A program made the translations under genes and the position numbers. From an uncultured virus (IMG/VR IMGVR_UViG_3300030330_002895) (taxonomy: Duplodnaviria > Heunggongvirae > Uroviricota > Caudoviricetes), in the IMG/VR virus record IMGVR_UViG_3300030330_002895, positions 1 to 64,000 of that record: a stretch of DNA of 64,000 bases; one strand, given 5' to 3'. Below, in pieces: positions 8,522 through 17,482 of this stretch. Every line of letters starts with the position of its first letter. Position 1 is the stretch's first letter. The notes under the pieces were generated by a model that was given only the letters and a program-made list of their open reading frames with translations, was not told where the DNA came from and did no database searches.

Positions 8522-8641
8522 TTATTGCCAACCACCATTGGGGCAATCTGGATAACTAACACCACAAGATGTCAACATAGCAATAACAATAATAATTGCA
8601 ACGATAGTAACAACTTCTGGTTGAGGAAGAATATGTCTCAT
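8522..8641 (-). CDS. miniature lipoprotein (39 aa)
   Basis: MRHILPQPEVVTIVAIIIVIAMLTSC-GVSYPDCPNGGWQ: hydrophobic stretch plus LTSC lipobox. Confidence 0.7.
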   Translation of the reverse strand: MRHILPQPEVVTIVAIIIVIAMLTSCGVSYPDCPNGGWQ

Positions 8642-8898
8642 AGTAATAAATTTAAAAGGTTAATATTTGATAAACAACATAAATGAAATACCCAACATCA
8701 ATAATATCAATGTCGAATGTAAATAAATTAGTCATGATAATAGAATTAAGAGTTAAACCATAATGAATTAAACTGTTTCAAATCTTTTGATAATTAAATC
8801 AACAAGCTTGAATAAAATGATGCAAGTAATCATAATAAAGAATTTAAGTTAGAAACTACACAATGCACACAACACTCAAATAGTATAACGCATTGTAA

Positions 8899-8944
8899 AT
8901 TATACTACATGGGGCTTGACAATGTCAAATATTTTTCGTAACTT
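8899..8944. promoter_or_regulatory. divergent overlapping promoter pair around the palindrome TTGACAATGTCAA
   Basis: Minus: TTGACA-N18-TATAAT (8928-8899); plus: TTGACA-N17-TAACTT (8916-8944); located at the strand switch. Confidence 0.55.
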
Positions 8945-9283
8945 GGGAGGGTGTGGGACAATGACTGTACAGCACAACAAACAAATCACTTAAACAATTA
9001 AGCCAATAACGATTAGTAAAAACTGTATAGTTGTATAGATAGTTCAAGGATAGTGAATAATGTGTGTCGCACAAGTACAGATACGAAGATTTTTATGTAT
9101 TTTGTATTAGTGTAGCACTCAAGAACAGACTTTAGGATGTTCCTGAGGCGAAATTAACAATCCTTTTTCTAATTTAAATCTCTGATTGTAAATTTATGGG
9201 GTCGGTATTTGAAAAAATACAAAACGAACTCTATATAATGAATAAGGTTCACACACTTGAAAAAATAAAAAAAATTTTTTTCG

Positions 9284-9291
9284 TAGATTTG
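9284..9291 (+). promoter_or_regulatory. Bacteroidota -7 element TAGATTTG opening the late region
   Basis: TAnnTTTG 5 nt before ATG 9297. Confidence 0.6.
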
Positions 9292-9296
9292 TATAC

Positions 9297-9434
9297 ATGC
9301 ACTTACTAATAAGTTTTCATTGGGGTTTTGTGCTAGGTATAAGGCATTATGAACCCGACACAGAACATCCATACACTGAAGCTCAGTTCTTTTTAGGGCC
9401 AGTATGTTTAACATTAACAGATAAAAAGGTATAA
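9297..9434 (+). CDS. hypothetical protein (45 aa), first gene of the plus-strand block
   Basis: MHLLISFHWGFVLGIRHYEPDTEHPYTEAQFFLGPVCLTLTDKKV; ends 1 nt before ATG 9436. Not in the ORF track. Confidence 0.65.
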   Translation: MHLLISFHWGFVLGIRHYEPDTEHPYTEAQFFLGPVCLTLTDKKV

Positions 9435-9435
9435 T

Positions 9436-9813
9436 ATGTGGGGTCATATAAAAAGAGCTAATCATAAGTTTATATATGCTAGAAGTATAAATAATATTGC
9501 AGATGACGATTCTCATGCTGACTCAGTGTGTTTTCCTGTTTCTGCTATGAGGGGGTTTTCTTTTATAGGAACAACTCAAATTATTTTGCGTTTTGAAAGC
9601 CCTTATCAATATGCTATGGGTGACAATGATGACAACGACGGTGTTTTATTAACATTGTTAACCTCTAATGCTCATAGAGAGTTTATAGACAATTTTACAA
9701 GAGAAATAGCTTTTGGAGAAAAACAATTTATTGTATTATGTGACAATGTAACGGGAGAAAGATTTGATAATGTAGGTACTTGTGGTGTCACAGCTAATGT
9801 AGGGGCTGATTAA
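9436..9813 (+). CDS. putative virion protein, paralog family A
   Basis: KFIYAR...DSVCFP...LRFE...EIAFG...IVLCDNVTGE, similar to the ORFs at 9815, 10192 and 20008. Confidence 0.7.
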   Translation: MWGHIKRANHKFIYARSINNIADDDSHADSVCFPVSAMRGFSFIGTTQIILRFESPYQYAMGDNDDNDGVLLTLLTSNAHREFIDNFTREIAFGEKQFIVLCDNVTGERFDNVGTCGVTANVGAD

Positions 9814-9814
9814 T

Positions 9815-10147
9815 ATGGAAAAATTTATATACATAGGTAGTCTTACTGGAAACTTATCTTTAGTTTATCCAGCAGAATCTTGGAGAGGAGCTCACCCTGC
9901 CAGCGATAATGAGTTAAATTTATATTTCACACCTATAGTAGAGGGTGGTTTATTTCCAGACAAAGATAATGATGTTATTACTATACAAATGACAGACAAC
10001 AATAAACACAAAGAAGTATTAGAAGCTTTGGTAGATGAAATAAATCACGGAGATAGTCACGTAACTGTTCTTATAGATAAAGATTCAGGCGAATCTGTGC
10101 ATTCTCAAATAAGTGGAGTTACAGCTACATTTAGTAGTGACGTTTAA
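9815..10147 (+). CDS. putative virion protein, paralog family A
   Basis: KFIYI...YPAESWRG...LYF...EINHG...VLIDKDSGE. Confidence 0.7.
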   Translation: MEKFIYIGSLTGNLSLVYPAESWRGAHPASDNELNLYFTPIVEGGLFPDKDNDVITIQMTDNNKHKEVLEALVDEINHGDSHVTVLIDKDSGESVHSQISGVTATFSSDV

Positions 10148-10179
10148 TTTTGCAAAAAAACGCTTCGCGTTTATTTTAG

Positions 10180-10187
10180 TATATTTG
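10180..10187 (+). promoter_or_regulatory. -7 element TATATTTG
   Basis: 4 nt before ATG 10192. Confidence 0.65.
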
Positions 10188-10191
10188 CACC

Positions 10192-10494
10192 ATGGAGAGA
10201 TACGTTTTGTTTGTTAATACAGCCACTGATTATTTAATGTTTCCTTTGAAAGCTTTCATTGGTGCTAAATATCTTTCTGCAACTACTATAGATTTATATT
10301 TTGAAAAATCGCCTTTGTCTTATAAAATAACTTTAACTGTTGAAACTGGGACGGGCGTAGATGTTGCCCTAAAAATAGCTGAGTTGTTTAGCAGAAATAG
10401 CACTTCTACTATTATATTTAATGATACAATAAGTGCTTGGCCTTTTGAAGAGGTGACAGGAATATCATCATTTACTAAAGTTGTAATAAAATAA
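10192..10494 (+). CDS. putative virion protein, paralog family A
   Basis: RYVLF...FPLKAFIG...IDLYFEKS. Confidence 0.65.
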   Translation: MERYVLFVNTATDYLMFPLKAFIGAKYLSATTIDLYFEKSPLSYKITLTVETGTGVDVALKIAELFSRNSTSTIIFNDTISAWPFEEVTGISSFTKVVIK

Positions 10495-11138
10495 TGAAAT
10501 ACAATATTACATTTTCATATGGAGCCAATATACATTTAGGAACCTGCGTTGTAACTGCTCAGGACGACACGTCTATGACTAATTATTATAATAGCACAGA
10601 AAGTGGGTATACAGATTTTACAACTTTAGATTTAAATGTTGGAGAAAAACTATATGTTACATATGATAAAAGAAATATATTCTTTGCTAGAATATCTGCT
10701 ATAGCTGCAAATAGCATAACCTTGTCATCAAATCCTGGACAAGTTATACACAATCGTGTGTTAACAAAAGGTCACATATCTCCATATGTAAGAAGAACTC
10801 CATACCTATACAGCTATCCTTGCAGTAATTATTGTGGAGCTTCTTTGTCTAAAAAAGGAGAAAATTTTAGTGTATACACAGAAAGTAACCCTATATATTC
10901 TGACGCAACACATACTGAGACTAACTCTGTTATTTCACTGTATTTTTTAAAAGGAAATAATGTAGAAGAAATTAAAGTAGAGGTTAAGGTGGGGTCTGAA
11001 TCTTCTGCAATTAGAGATTTTCAAAAAATTCTAAGACTAGAAAAGGACGTTAACTTTATGTCAGAAATAAAAAAAATAAATAAAGATGTTATCGGTATTA
11101 ATTCTATAACTGCTTCTAATAAAAGCAAACTATATTAG
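10494..11138 (+). CDS. putative virion protein; N-terminal beta domain fused to a family-A-like domain
   Basis: C-terminal half YSYPCSNYCG...ISLYFLK...IKVEVKVG resembles the 10192 ORF. Confidence 0.55.
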   Translation: MKYNITFSYGANIHLGTCVVTAQDDTSMTNYYNSTESGYTDFTTLDLNVGEKLYVTYDKRNIFFARISAIAANSITLSSNPGQVIHNRVLTKGHISPYVRRTPYLYSYPCSNYCGASLSKKGENFSVYTESNPIYSDATHTETNSVISLYFLKGNNVEEIKVEVKVGSESSAIRDFQKILRLEKDVNFMSEIKKINKDVIGINSITASNKSKLY

Positions 11139-11156
11139 TATGTTGTTATTTTTTTA

Positions 11157-11164
11157 TATCTTTG
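11157..11164 (+). promoter_or_regulatory. -7 element TATCTTTG
   Basis: 4 nt before ATG 11169. Confidence 0.6.
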
Positions 11165-11168
11165 GGGA

Positions 11169-11474
11169 ATGGTAAATGAAAAAACAGCTTATGGTGTACT
11201 CCATAAAAATATATCGGGAGAAATGCATCATGTTAGCTTTGCAAAAGAATATCCTACTTTAGCTAAAAAAGAAGATAAAATAGTCATGTATCTTATAGAT
11301 AATGATTATGAGATATTAGATAAAACACTATACTATGTAGGTGGGGAAACGCACACAGGAGTTGAAACATACTTAAATTTAGATACATGTGATTATCATT
11401 TAGAAGAATATTCTTGGGTGGAACATGGAGTATGGAAATTAAAATATAAAATTAAAAAAAAGAAAAATGCCTAA
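11169..11474 (+). CDS. hypothetical protein
   Basis: 101-aa ORF in the operon, overlapping the next gene. Confidence 0.7.
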   Translation: MVNEKTAYGVLHKNISGEMHHVSFAKEYPTLAKKEDKIVMYLIDNDYEILDKTLYYVGGETHTGVETYLNLDTCDYHLEEYSWVEHGVWKLKYKIKKKKNA

Positions 11475-11931
11475 TTTAACAGTAACCACAAAAGAACATA
11501 TCGTTTTACAAGGTAGACAACAGGGTTCTACAAGAACAATGACCTTTGCTAATATTGTTGATGTATTTAATAGAATATATTCTTTTAAACAACAAACATT
11601 AACATCTTTATATACCACTCATGCAGACACAGTTTCTGGTGCAGTATTTGACGATGGAAGTATAAGATATGTAAGAATAACAAATTTAGGAGCAAGTCCT
11701 TTAGCTATAAATGTAATAGGAGAAAATAACTTTTCTTATGCATATGAAATACAAAAGGGACAATCTATGTATTTGTATAATCATTCTTTAGTTATGGAGG
11801 CTGATGATGCTGATGCTATAACTGGGACGGAATTATCAACACTAGAAGACATTGATGAGGTAAAAGCATACTGTCACAAAGGAGCGGGTAGGGTAGAAGT
11901 TTTCATTGCTAGTACTGAAGCAACAAAATAA
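11467..11931 (+). CDS. putative virion beta-sandwich protein, paralog family B
   Basis: LTVTTKEHIVLQG...RYVRITNL...VEVFIA; paralog of the ORF at 11939. Confidence 0.7.
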   Translation: MPNLTVTTKEHIVLQGRQQGSTRTMTFANIVDVFNRIYSFKQQTLTSLYTTHADTVSGAVFDDGSIRYVRITNLGASPLAINVIGENNFSYAYEIQKGQSMYLYNHSLVMEADDADAITGTELSTLEDIDEVKAYCHKGAGRVEVFIASTEATK

Positions 11932-11938
11932 TTAAAAT

Positions 11939-12406
11939 ATGGCATCAACATTAAAAGTAACATTAACAGAAAATTTAACTGTAGATGGCAATAGCTATAG
12001 TTCTGAAAGAACTAAAACATTTACAACAATTACTAATGTATATAAAACTACTGTAGCTGTAGGCACAGGGGGTATGTCAGAAGTTGTTGCCCTTGCAGCG
12101 TCTGCTGGTAATATAGGCACTCTTGACCAAGATACTATAGAATATTTTAGAATAACTAATCTTGATAGTACAAATTTTGTAGAATTAGGATTTGAAGATA
12201 CAAGTGGAAATAATGCTTATTATGTTAAGTTAGACGCAGGAAGAAGTTTTATTGTTCCAGTGTCAAATACAACAACAGAGCACCCAGGGTTTTTTGCACA
12301 CGACAGCGGTCATGTAACAGGTTCTCATGTTGATATAACTAGTATTACTGCAAATGCAGATACTTCTTCTTGCAATATAGAGATAATGGTTGCTATGAAC
12401 GGATAA
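11939..12406 (+). CDS. putative virion beta-sandwich protein, paralog family B
   Basis: LKVTLTENLTVDG...EYFRITNL...IEIMVA. Confidence 0.7.
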   Translation: MASTLKVTLTENLTVDGNSYSSERTKTFTTITNVYKTTVAVGTGGMSEVVALAASAGNIGTLDQDTIEYFRITNLDSTNFVELGFEDTSGNNAYYVKLDAGRSFIVPVSNTTTEHPGFFAHDSGHVTGSHVDITSITANADTSSCNIEIMVAMNG

Positions 12407-12407
12407 T

Positions 12408-12935
12408 ATGTATTTATTACAACTAGACAAAAAAGGGGCAATAATAGAAGAAGACGATGGTCTTTATGCAATAGATGAGTTTAAAGACTTAGTAGATGAT
12501 ATGGGCATGAAAGCTATGCTATGGGTGGCTTTAGTATGTGATTATGATAGCCCTTATAGACATTTTGTAGAAAGAGAAAGAGTCAAGTCTGTAAGCAAAA
12601 AGATATTTGACAAGTATGAATGGAAGGGTGTAAAAAATGAAAAAATTGCTAACGCAATTAAAAAGTATAAAGAACTTCAATTTGACCCACTAGATGCACA
12701 ATTAGTAGCATTTAATGAAAAGATTGATGAATATACCCGTTTAATGAGAGATACAAGAATAAACGAGGACAATGCCGAAAGTATGCAAAAGATAATGATT
12801 GGTATTGAAAAAGTTCTTAATACAAGGCAAAAACTTTTAGACGCAATAGAAAGAAGGGGTAGTAGACAAAAAATAAAAGGAGAAGCAAAAATGAGTTATT
12901 TAGAAGAACAAATGAGTATAAAAGATAAAATTTAA
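12408..12935 (+). CDS. helical protein upstream of terL, possible terminase small subunit
   Basis: DYDSPY motif, helical/coiled-coil C-terminus, position before terL; function inferred from position only. Confidence 0.45.
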   Translation: MYLLQLDKKGAIIEEDDGLYAIDEFKDLVDDMGMKAMLWVALVCDYDSPYRHFVERERVKSVSKKIFDKYEWKGVKNEKIANAIKKYKELQFDPLDAQLVAFNEKIDEYTRLMRDTRINEDNAESMQKIMIGIEKVLNTRQKLLDAIERRGSRQKIKGEAKMSYLEEQMSIKDKI

Positions 12936-12939
12936 AATT

Positions 12940-13176
12940 ATGCCTACAAAAACTAAGATTAGAAAAAATCCTTTTACAGGAGCTACTAGAACTACTACAA
13001 AAACTACAGACAGTGAAGGTAAAAAAACTAAATACGTTTCTACGTCTAGTGGTAAGAAAAAATTTAAGAAAAATGGCGTAAAAAGAAAAAACACAAAAGA
13101 ACAAAAAAAATCAATAAACGTTAAATTAAAAAAGGGCGGCAAAATTAGAAATATGTTTACAGAGCAATACGATTAA
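12940..13176 (+). CDS. small basic protein with GG...QYD tail
   Basis: Lys/Thr-rich, ends LKKGGKIRNMFTEQYD. Confidence 0.75.
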   Translation: MPTKTKIRKNPFTGATRTTTKTTDSEGKKTKYVSTSSGKKKFKKNGVKRKNTKEQKKSINVKLKKGGKIRNMFTEQYD

Positions 13177-13177
13177 T

Positions 13178-13357
13178 ATGAGCAAAAAAATTAAAATAGG
13201 AGATAAAAGTTATGTAAAAGATGGCAACAATTTTGTTGAAGAGTCAAATTACAAAAACTATATAAGAAAAAAAGACACTGCTACAAAAATTGGTGGAGCT
13301 TTAAGTAAAGCTCAAAATGTTGCACCAAAATTTCAAGAGCATGTCCAAAAAGATTAG
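13178..13357 (+). CDS. small basic protein (59 aa) ending QKD
   Basis: MSKKIKIGDKSYVKDG...TKIGGALSKAQNVAPKFQEHVQKD; overlaps the terL start. Not in the ORF track. Confidence 0.6.
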   Translation: MSKKIKIGDKSYVKDGNNFVEESNYKNYIRKKDTATKIGGALSKAQNVAPKFQEHVQKD

Positions 13358-15161
13358 AAAATACGCCCCAATTATTTATGAGGGCATACCTGACTTAGAC
13401 CCAGAGTCTGTATCTTATCAAGAGTTTTGGGAAGAACAGATACATAGGTGTAAAAACGGATACAAGCCAAAAGGCATGGACCGTATAACAGGAAAACATT
13501 ACTATTATCTTAATTTTTATAAGATACTTGGTAATAGTGGAGAGGATGGTAATAGAAAAACTCTAATAGCTCCTTGGTATAGAGACTTAGATAAATTGTA
13601 TTTTGATTTATTTGAGCAATGTAAGGAGGAAGAGAAAGGAATGATTATTATTAAAGCCAGAGATAAAGGTTTTAGTTATATGAATTCTGCGTTATGTGGA
13701 CATGAATACACGTTTTATCCATATAATGAAGTGGGAATTGCTGCTGGTTTACAAGTTACAGCAGATTCGTTCTTTGACAAGGTGAAAAAAGGATTAAATG
13801 GTCAACACATTAATCTTAGACATTCTGTTTTAAAAGACACGTCTGATATTATTAGAAGTGGATATAAACAAAAGTCTAAAGATGGTAAATGGCAAATAAG
13901 TGGCTATCAATCTGCTATACATTGTAGAACAATGTCTAATCCTGAAGTATTTAAAGGAGAACGTTTAAGTGTTATGATATTTGAAGAGGCTGGTGAGTTT
14001 AAAGAACTATTAAATGCGTATATGTCATCTAAAGCTTGTTTTATGGATGGAAATATACAATTTGGTGTACCAGTTATTGGTGGTACGGGTGGTGACATAG
14101 AAACATCCTCTAAAGATTTTATGGAAATGTACTATAATGCAGATTCTTTTAATCTTATACCTATGTTTATACCTGCATCTGTATGTTATCATGGTTTTTT
14201 TGATATAAAAACAGGAGTTAGTGATGAAGTGGGTGCAGAAAAAGAATTATTAGAACAAAGAAAAAAGTTAGAGGGCAGAGATAGTAGCAAGGCGTATAAT
14301 TTACATATACAAAACTATCCACTTACTGTAGAAGAAGCTTTCTTAAAAACTAAAGGCAGTAGATTTGATTTATCCCTAATAAATGCACAGAGAGGTAGAA
14401 TTATGGGACACACTAAATTTAAAAATCAAATACAAAGAGGAAGATTAGAATGGGTTTTTGATGATGAAGATGGTTTTATAGAACAAGTAGAATGGGTAGC
14501 TGATAAAGGGGGACCATATTTAATTCTTGAACATCCAAATGAAGAGTATGATAATTTAGATATAGGTGGTATAGATTCATATGACCAAGATACTGCAGAA
14601 GCATCTACATCTTTAGGTAGTGCTTTAATATATAGAAGATTTGTGTCAACAGAAATAGCAAGCGACTATATAATAGCAGATTATACAGAAAGACCTAAGA
14701 CTGCAGAAGAATTTTGGGATGGATGTTTAAAATTAGCAGTATATTACAATGCAAAAATGCTTGTAGAGTACACAAAAATTGGTATTATAGATTATTTTAA
14801 AAGAAAAGGGGCTTTAAGATATTTAAAAGAAAAACCAAAAACTGCACATGCTCCTGGCACATTAACCAGGAATAGATATGGATTACAGATGAATAAACAA
14901 ACTAAATCTGTAATGGAGCAGTACATGGACGATTATATTAAAACAAATGTTGATGATATATGGTTCATAGATTTGTTAAATGAGCTTGCTGATTACGGAA
15001 CAAGAAACACGGATAGGGCGATATCTTTTGGTTTATGTCTAATACACAATGTAGACGTATATCAAATACAAGCAAGAGAAAAGGAAACGCAAAATAAAAA
15101 GTTGGGATTTGTTTACTATAAAAAAGAAAATGGTAGATTAGTTCCTTATAAAGATGAATAG
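13341..15161 (+). CDS. terL: terminase large subunit
   Basis: ITGKHYYYLNF, KARDKGFSY (Walker A), FEEAG (Walker B), GGTGG, GGIDSYDQD nuclease motif; crAss-type; start at ATG 13341. Confidence 0.93.
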   Translation: MSKKIRKYAPIIYEGIPDLDPESVSYQEFWEEQIHRCKNGYKPKGMDRITGKHYYYLNFYKILGNSGEDGNRKTLIAPWYRDLDKLYFDLFEQCKEEEKGMIIIKARDKGFSYMNSALCGHEYTFYPYNEVGIAAGLQVTADSFFDKVKKGLNGQHINLRHSVLKDTSDIIRSGYKQKSKDGKWQISGYQSAIHCRTMSNPEVFKGERLSVMIFEEAGEFKELLNAYMSSKACFMDGNIQFGVPVIGGTGGDIETSSKDFMEMYYNADSFNLIPMFIPASVCYHGFFDIKTGVSDEVGAEKELLEQRKKLEGRDSSKAYNLHIQNYPLTVEEAFLKTKGSRFDLSLINAQRGRIMGHTKFKNQIQRGRLEWVFDDEDGFIEQVEWVADKGGPYLILEHPNEEYDNLDIGGIDSYDQDTAEASTSLGSALIYRRFVSTEIASDYIIADYTERPKTAEEFWDGCLKLAVYYNAKMLVEYTKIGIIDYFKRKGALRYLKEKPKTAHAPGTLTRNRYGLQMNKQTKSVMEQYMDDYIKTNVDDIWFIDLLNELADYGTRNTDRAISFGLCLIHNVDVYQIQAREKETQNKKLGFVYYKKENGRLVPYKDE

Positions 15162-15163
15162 TT

Positions 15164-17434
15164 ATGTCGTATACAAATTTTCCAAGACAACTACTTAGTG
15201 ATAAGGAAAAGACTAAAGAATGGTGTGAGCAAAATTTGGACGCAATGTCTCCATATATAGCTCAACACAACAATAGTCTTTATGTTAATGATAGATACAA
15301 AGATATTAGAAATTATCAAGCGTATCATGGTCATTTTGACCCAAAAGACTATGAGCATGTAACAGACCAGTACGGAACACCTTTCCCTGCTCGTATGACT
15401 AACTATAATATAATAGCTCCTAAAATAGATTTATTAACTAGTGAAGAATTGCGTAGACCACTAGAAACGCAAGTAAATTCTATAAATAAATCTGCAGTTC
15501 AAAGAAAACAAGATATAAAAGTAGGTTTAGTAGCAGAAGCTCTTTTGTCAGAAGTTAAAAAAGAAGTAAACCAAACTATGGGTATGCCTATAGCAGAAAA
15601 TGTTATGGGAATGGAAATACCAGACAACATAGAAGAGTTTATGCGATATACTTATAAAGAGGCTATAGAAGAAACAGTAGAAGATGGATTAAACTATTTA
15701 AAAGAAAGATACCGTTGGAAAGATTTGTTTAGAAATGGTTTTAGAGACCTTTTGGTAACAGGTAAAGTTTTTTATAAAACAGAGGTGGTAAACGGAGACC
15801 CTACGATAAGAAAAATAGACCCAAGAAACATTGCTTTTGATGTTTCAATAGAAAGCGATTATTTAGATAATGCGCAATGGGTGGTAGAACAAAGGTGGTT
15901 AGGTATAAACCAAATACTAGATGAGTATGGTGAAGAGCTAACTAAAGAAGATGTAATGGAATTGGAAAAAATGAGACACATATCTTCAGGAGATGAATTG
16001 GCTCATTACAACTCTAATTTAGATTGGATACAGTACGATAGTTCAACTGGTGTAAAAGTTAGGCTTATACACGGAGAATGGAAATCTATACGAGCTATTA
16101 AAGTAAAAATATCCCCTAATAAATATGACCCTACTAATCCATTTAGAAAAATAGTCAAAGATACTTATAGACCAAGAAAGGGAGAAGAGGTAGAAACTAA
16201 ATATGTAGACGATATTTGGGAGGCTACTAAAATAGGTGGTCAAATAATGGTTAATTGCAGACGTAGACCAAATCAAGTAAGGTCTGTAGATGATGCGGGA
16301 CCAGCTTCATTATCTTATGTTGGTTGTATACATAATTTATCTTCAGGTAGAGTTACAAGTTTAGTGGACGTTCTTAAACATATTCAAATGTTATATAATG
16401 TGGTTATGTACCACATAGAATTAACATTATCTAGAGCTGGAGGAAAAGCTGTTGTTTACGATGTTTCACAAATGCCGTCAAATATAGGTATGGATATGCA
16501 AACTGTATTGTATCATATTAAAAATGACGGAATCATTCCTATTAATTCTAGGGATGAGGGTGGAGTAGATACCGCAAGATTTAACCAGTTTCAACAAGTA
16601 GATTTTACATTGTCAAATTCTGTACAACAGTTAATGAACTTAAAATTAATGCTGGAACAAACTGCAGGTCAAATTTGCGGTATATCTCCCCAAAGAGAAG
16701 GAGCTGTTTCTCAATATGAAGCAGTCGGCAATGTTCAAAGAACTGTAACACAATCTAACCTAGTAACAGAAAGTTGGTTTTATCAACATTCAGAAGTTAA
16801 AAAAAGAGTTATAGAGCAAGTTTGTAATTTAATGAAGGTATGTTGGGCTGAAGGTAAAAAAGCTGGATACATACTAGGAGATGGTGCTTTTAAAATGTTA
16901 AAAGTTTTACCTGACGTTGCATTAAATGATTATGGTATATTTATTACTGAAGGAGGTAAAGAAGATGCTATAAAACAAGCAATAACACAAATGGCACAAT
17001 CTGCTTTACAAAGTGGTAGTATTGGTTTGTTAGATGTTATTAAAGTTTTAAAATCTGATACACTTACGGAAGCAGAACATATATTAGAAAACGGATTGCA
17101 AGAAATGCAAAAACAACAAAAAGCTGCACAAGAAGCGCAAATGCAAGCACAAAAAGCTGCTGCGCAAGAAGCTCAAGCACAACGTGAACATGAAACTAGC
17201 TTGAAAAAATTAGATGTTGATGGTAAAGTAAAAGCGGCTGAAAAATTAAATGAAGGCAAAATAGCTGTTGCCAATATACAAGCAGATTTAGAAGCTGATA
17301 TAGCAGACGATAAGATAAGGGCTAGTTTTGACAAAGAAGCTATTCAAGCAGACCATAAGCAGAAACAAGAACAAATGAAATTAAAGCATGATAAAGAAAA
17401 GTCTGACAAAGACAGACGTGCAAAAAACAAGTAA
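15164..17434 (+). CDS. portal protein
   Basis: Follows terL; NYNIIAPKIDLL, DIWEATKIG, GISPQREG motifs and a coiled-coil C-terminus as in crAss-like portals. Confidence 0.9.
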   Translation: MSYTNFPRQLLSDKEKTKEWCEQNLDAMSPYIAQHNNSLYVNDRYKDIRNYQAYHGHFDPKDYEHVTDQYGTPFPARMTNYNIIAPKIDLLTSEELRRPLETQVNSINKSAVQRKQDIKVGLVAEALLSEVKKEVNQTMGMPIAENVMGMEIPDNIEEFMRYTYKEAIEETVEDGLNYLKERYRWKDLFRNGFRDLLVTGKVFYKTEVVNGDPTIRKIDPRNIAFDVSIESDYLDNAQWVVEQRWLGINQILDEYGEELTKEDVMELEKMRHISSGDELAHYNSNLDWIQYDSSTGVKVRLIHGEWKSIRAIKVKISPNKYDPTNPFRKIVKDTYRPRKGEEVETKYVDDIWEATKIGGQIMVNCRRRPNQVRSVDDAGPASLSYVGCIHNLSSGRVTSLVDVLKHIQMLYNVVMYHIELTLSRAGGKAVVYDVSQMPSNIGMDMQTVLYHIKNDGIIPINSRDEGGVDTARFNQFQQVDFTLSNSVQQLMNLKLMLEQTAGQICGISPQREGAVSQYEAVGNVQRTVTQSNLVTESWFYQHSEVKKRVIEQVCNLMKVCWAEGKKAGYILGDGAFKMLKVLPDVALNDYGIFITEGGKEDAIKQAITQMAQSALQSGSIGLLDVIKVLKSDTLTEAEHILENGLQEMQKQQKAAQEAQMQAQKAAAQEAQAQREHETSLKKLDVDGKVKAAEKLNEGKIAVANIQADLEADIADDKIRASFDKEAIQADHKQKQEQMKLKHDKEKSDKDRRAKNK

Positions 17435-17445
17435 AAAATATTAAC

Positions 17446-17453
17446 TATCTTTG
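17446..17453 (+). promoter_or_regulatory. -7 element TATCTTTG
   Basis: Intergenic TAnnTTTG about 30 nt upstream of ATG 17483. Confidence 0.65.
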
Positions 17454-17482
17454 TAGCAAAGTAAAGAGCAAAAATTATAATT

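Noticed and set aside
9169..9516. 115-aa minus-strand ORF
   Set aside because: Overlaps the better supported plus-strand ORFs at 9297 and 9436 and their promoter.
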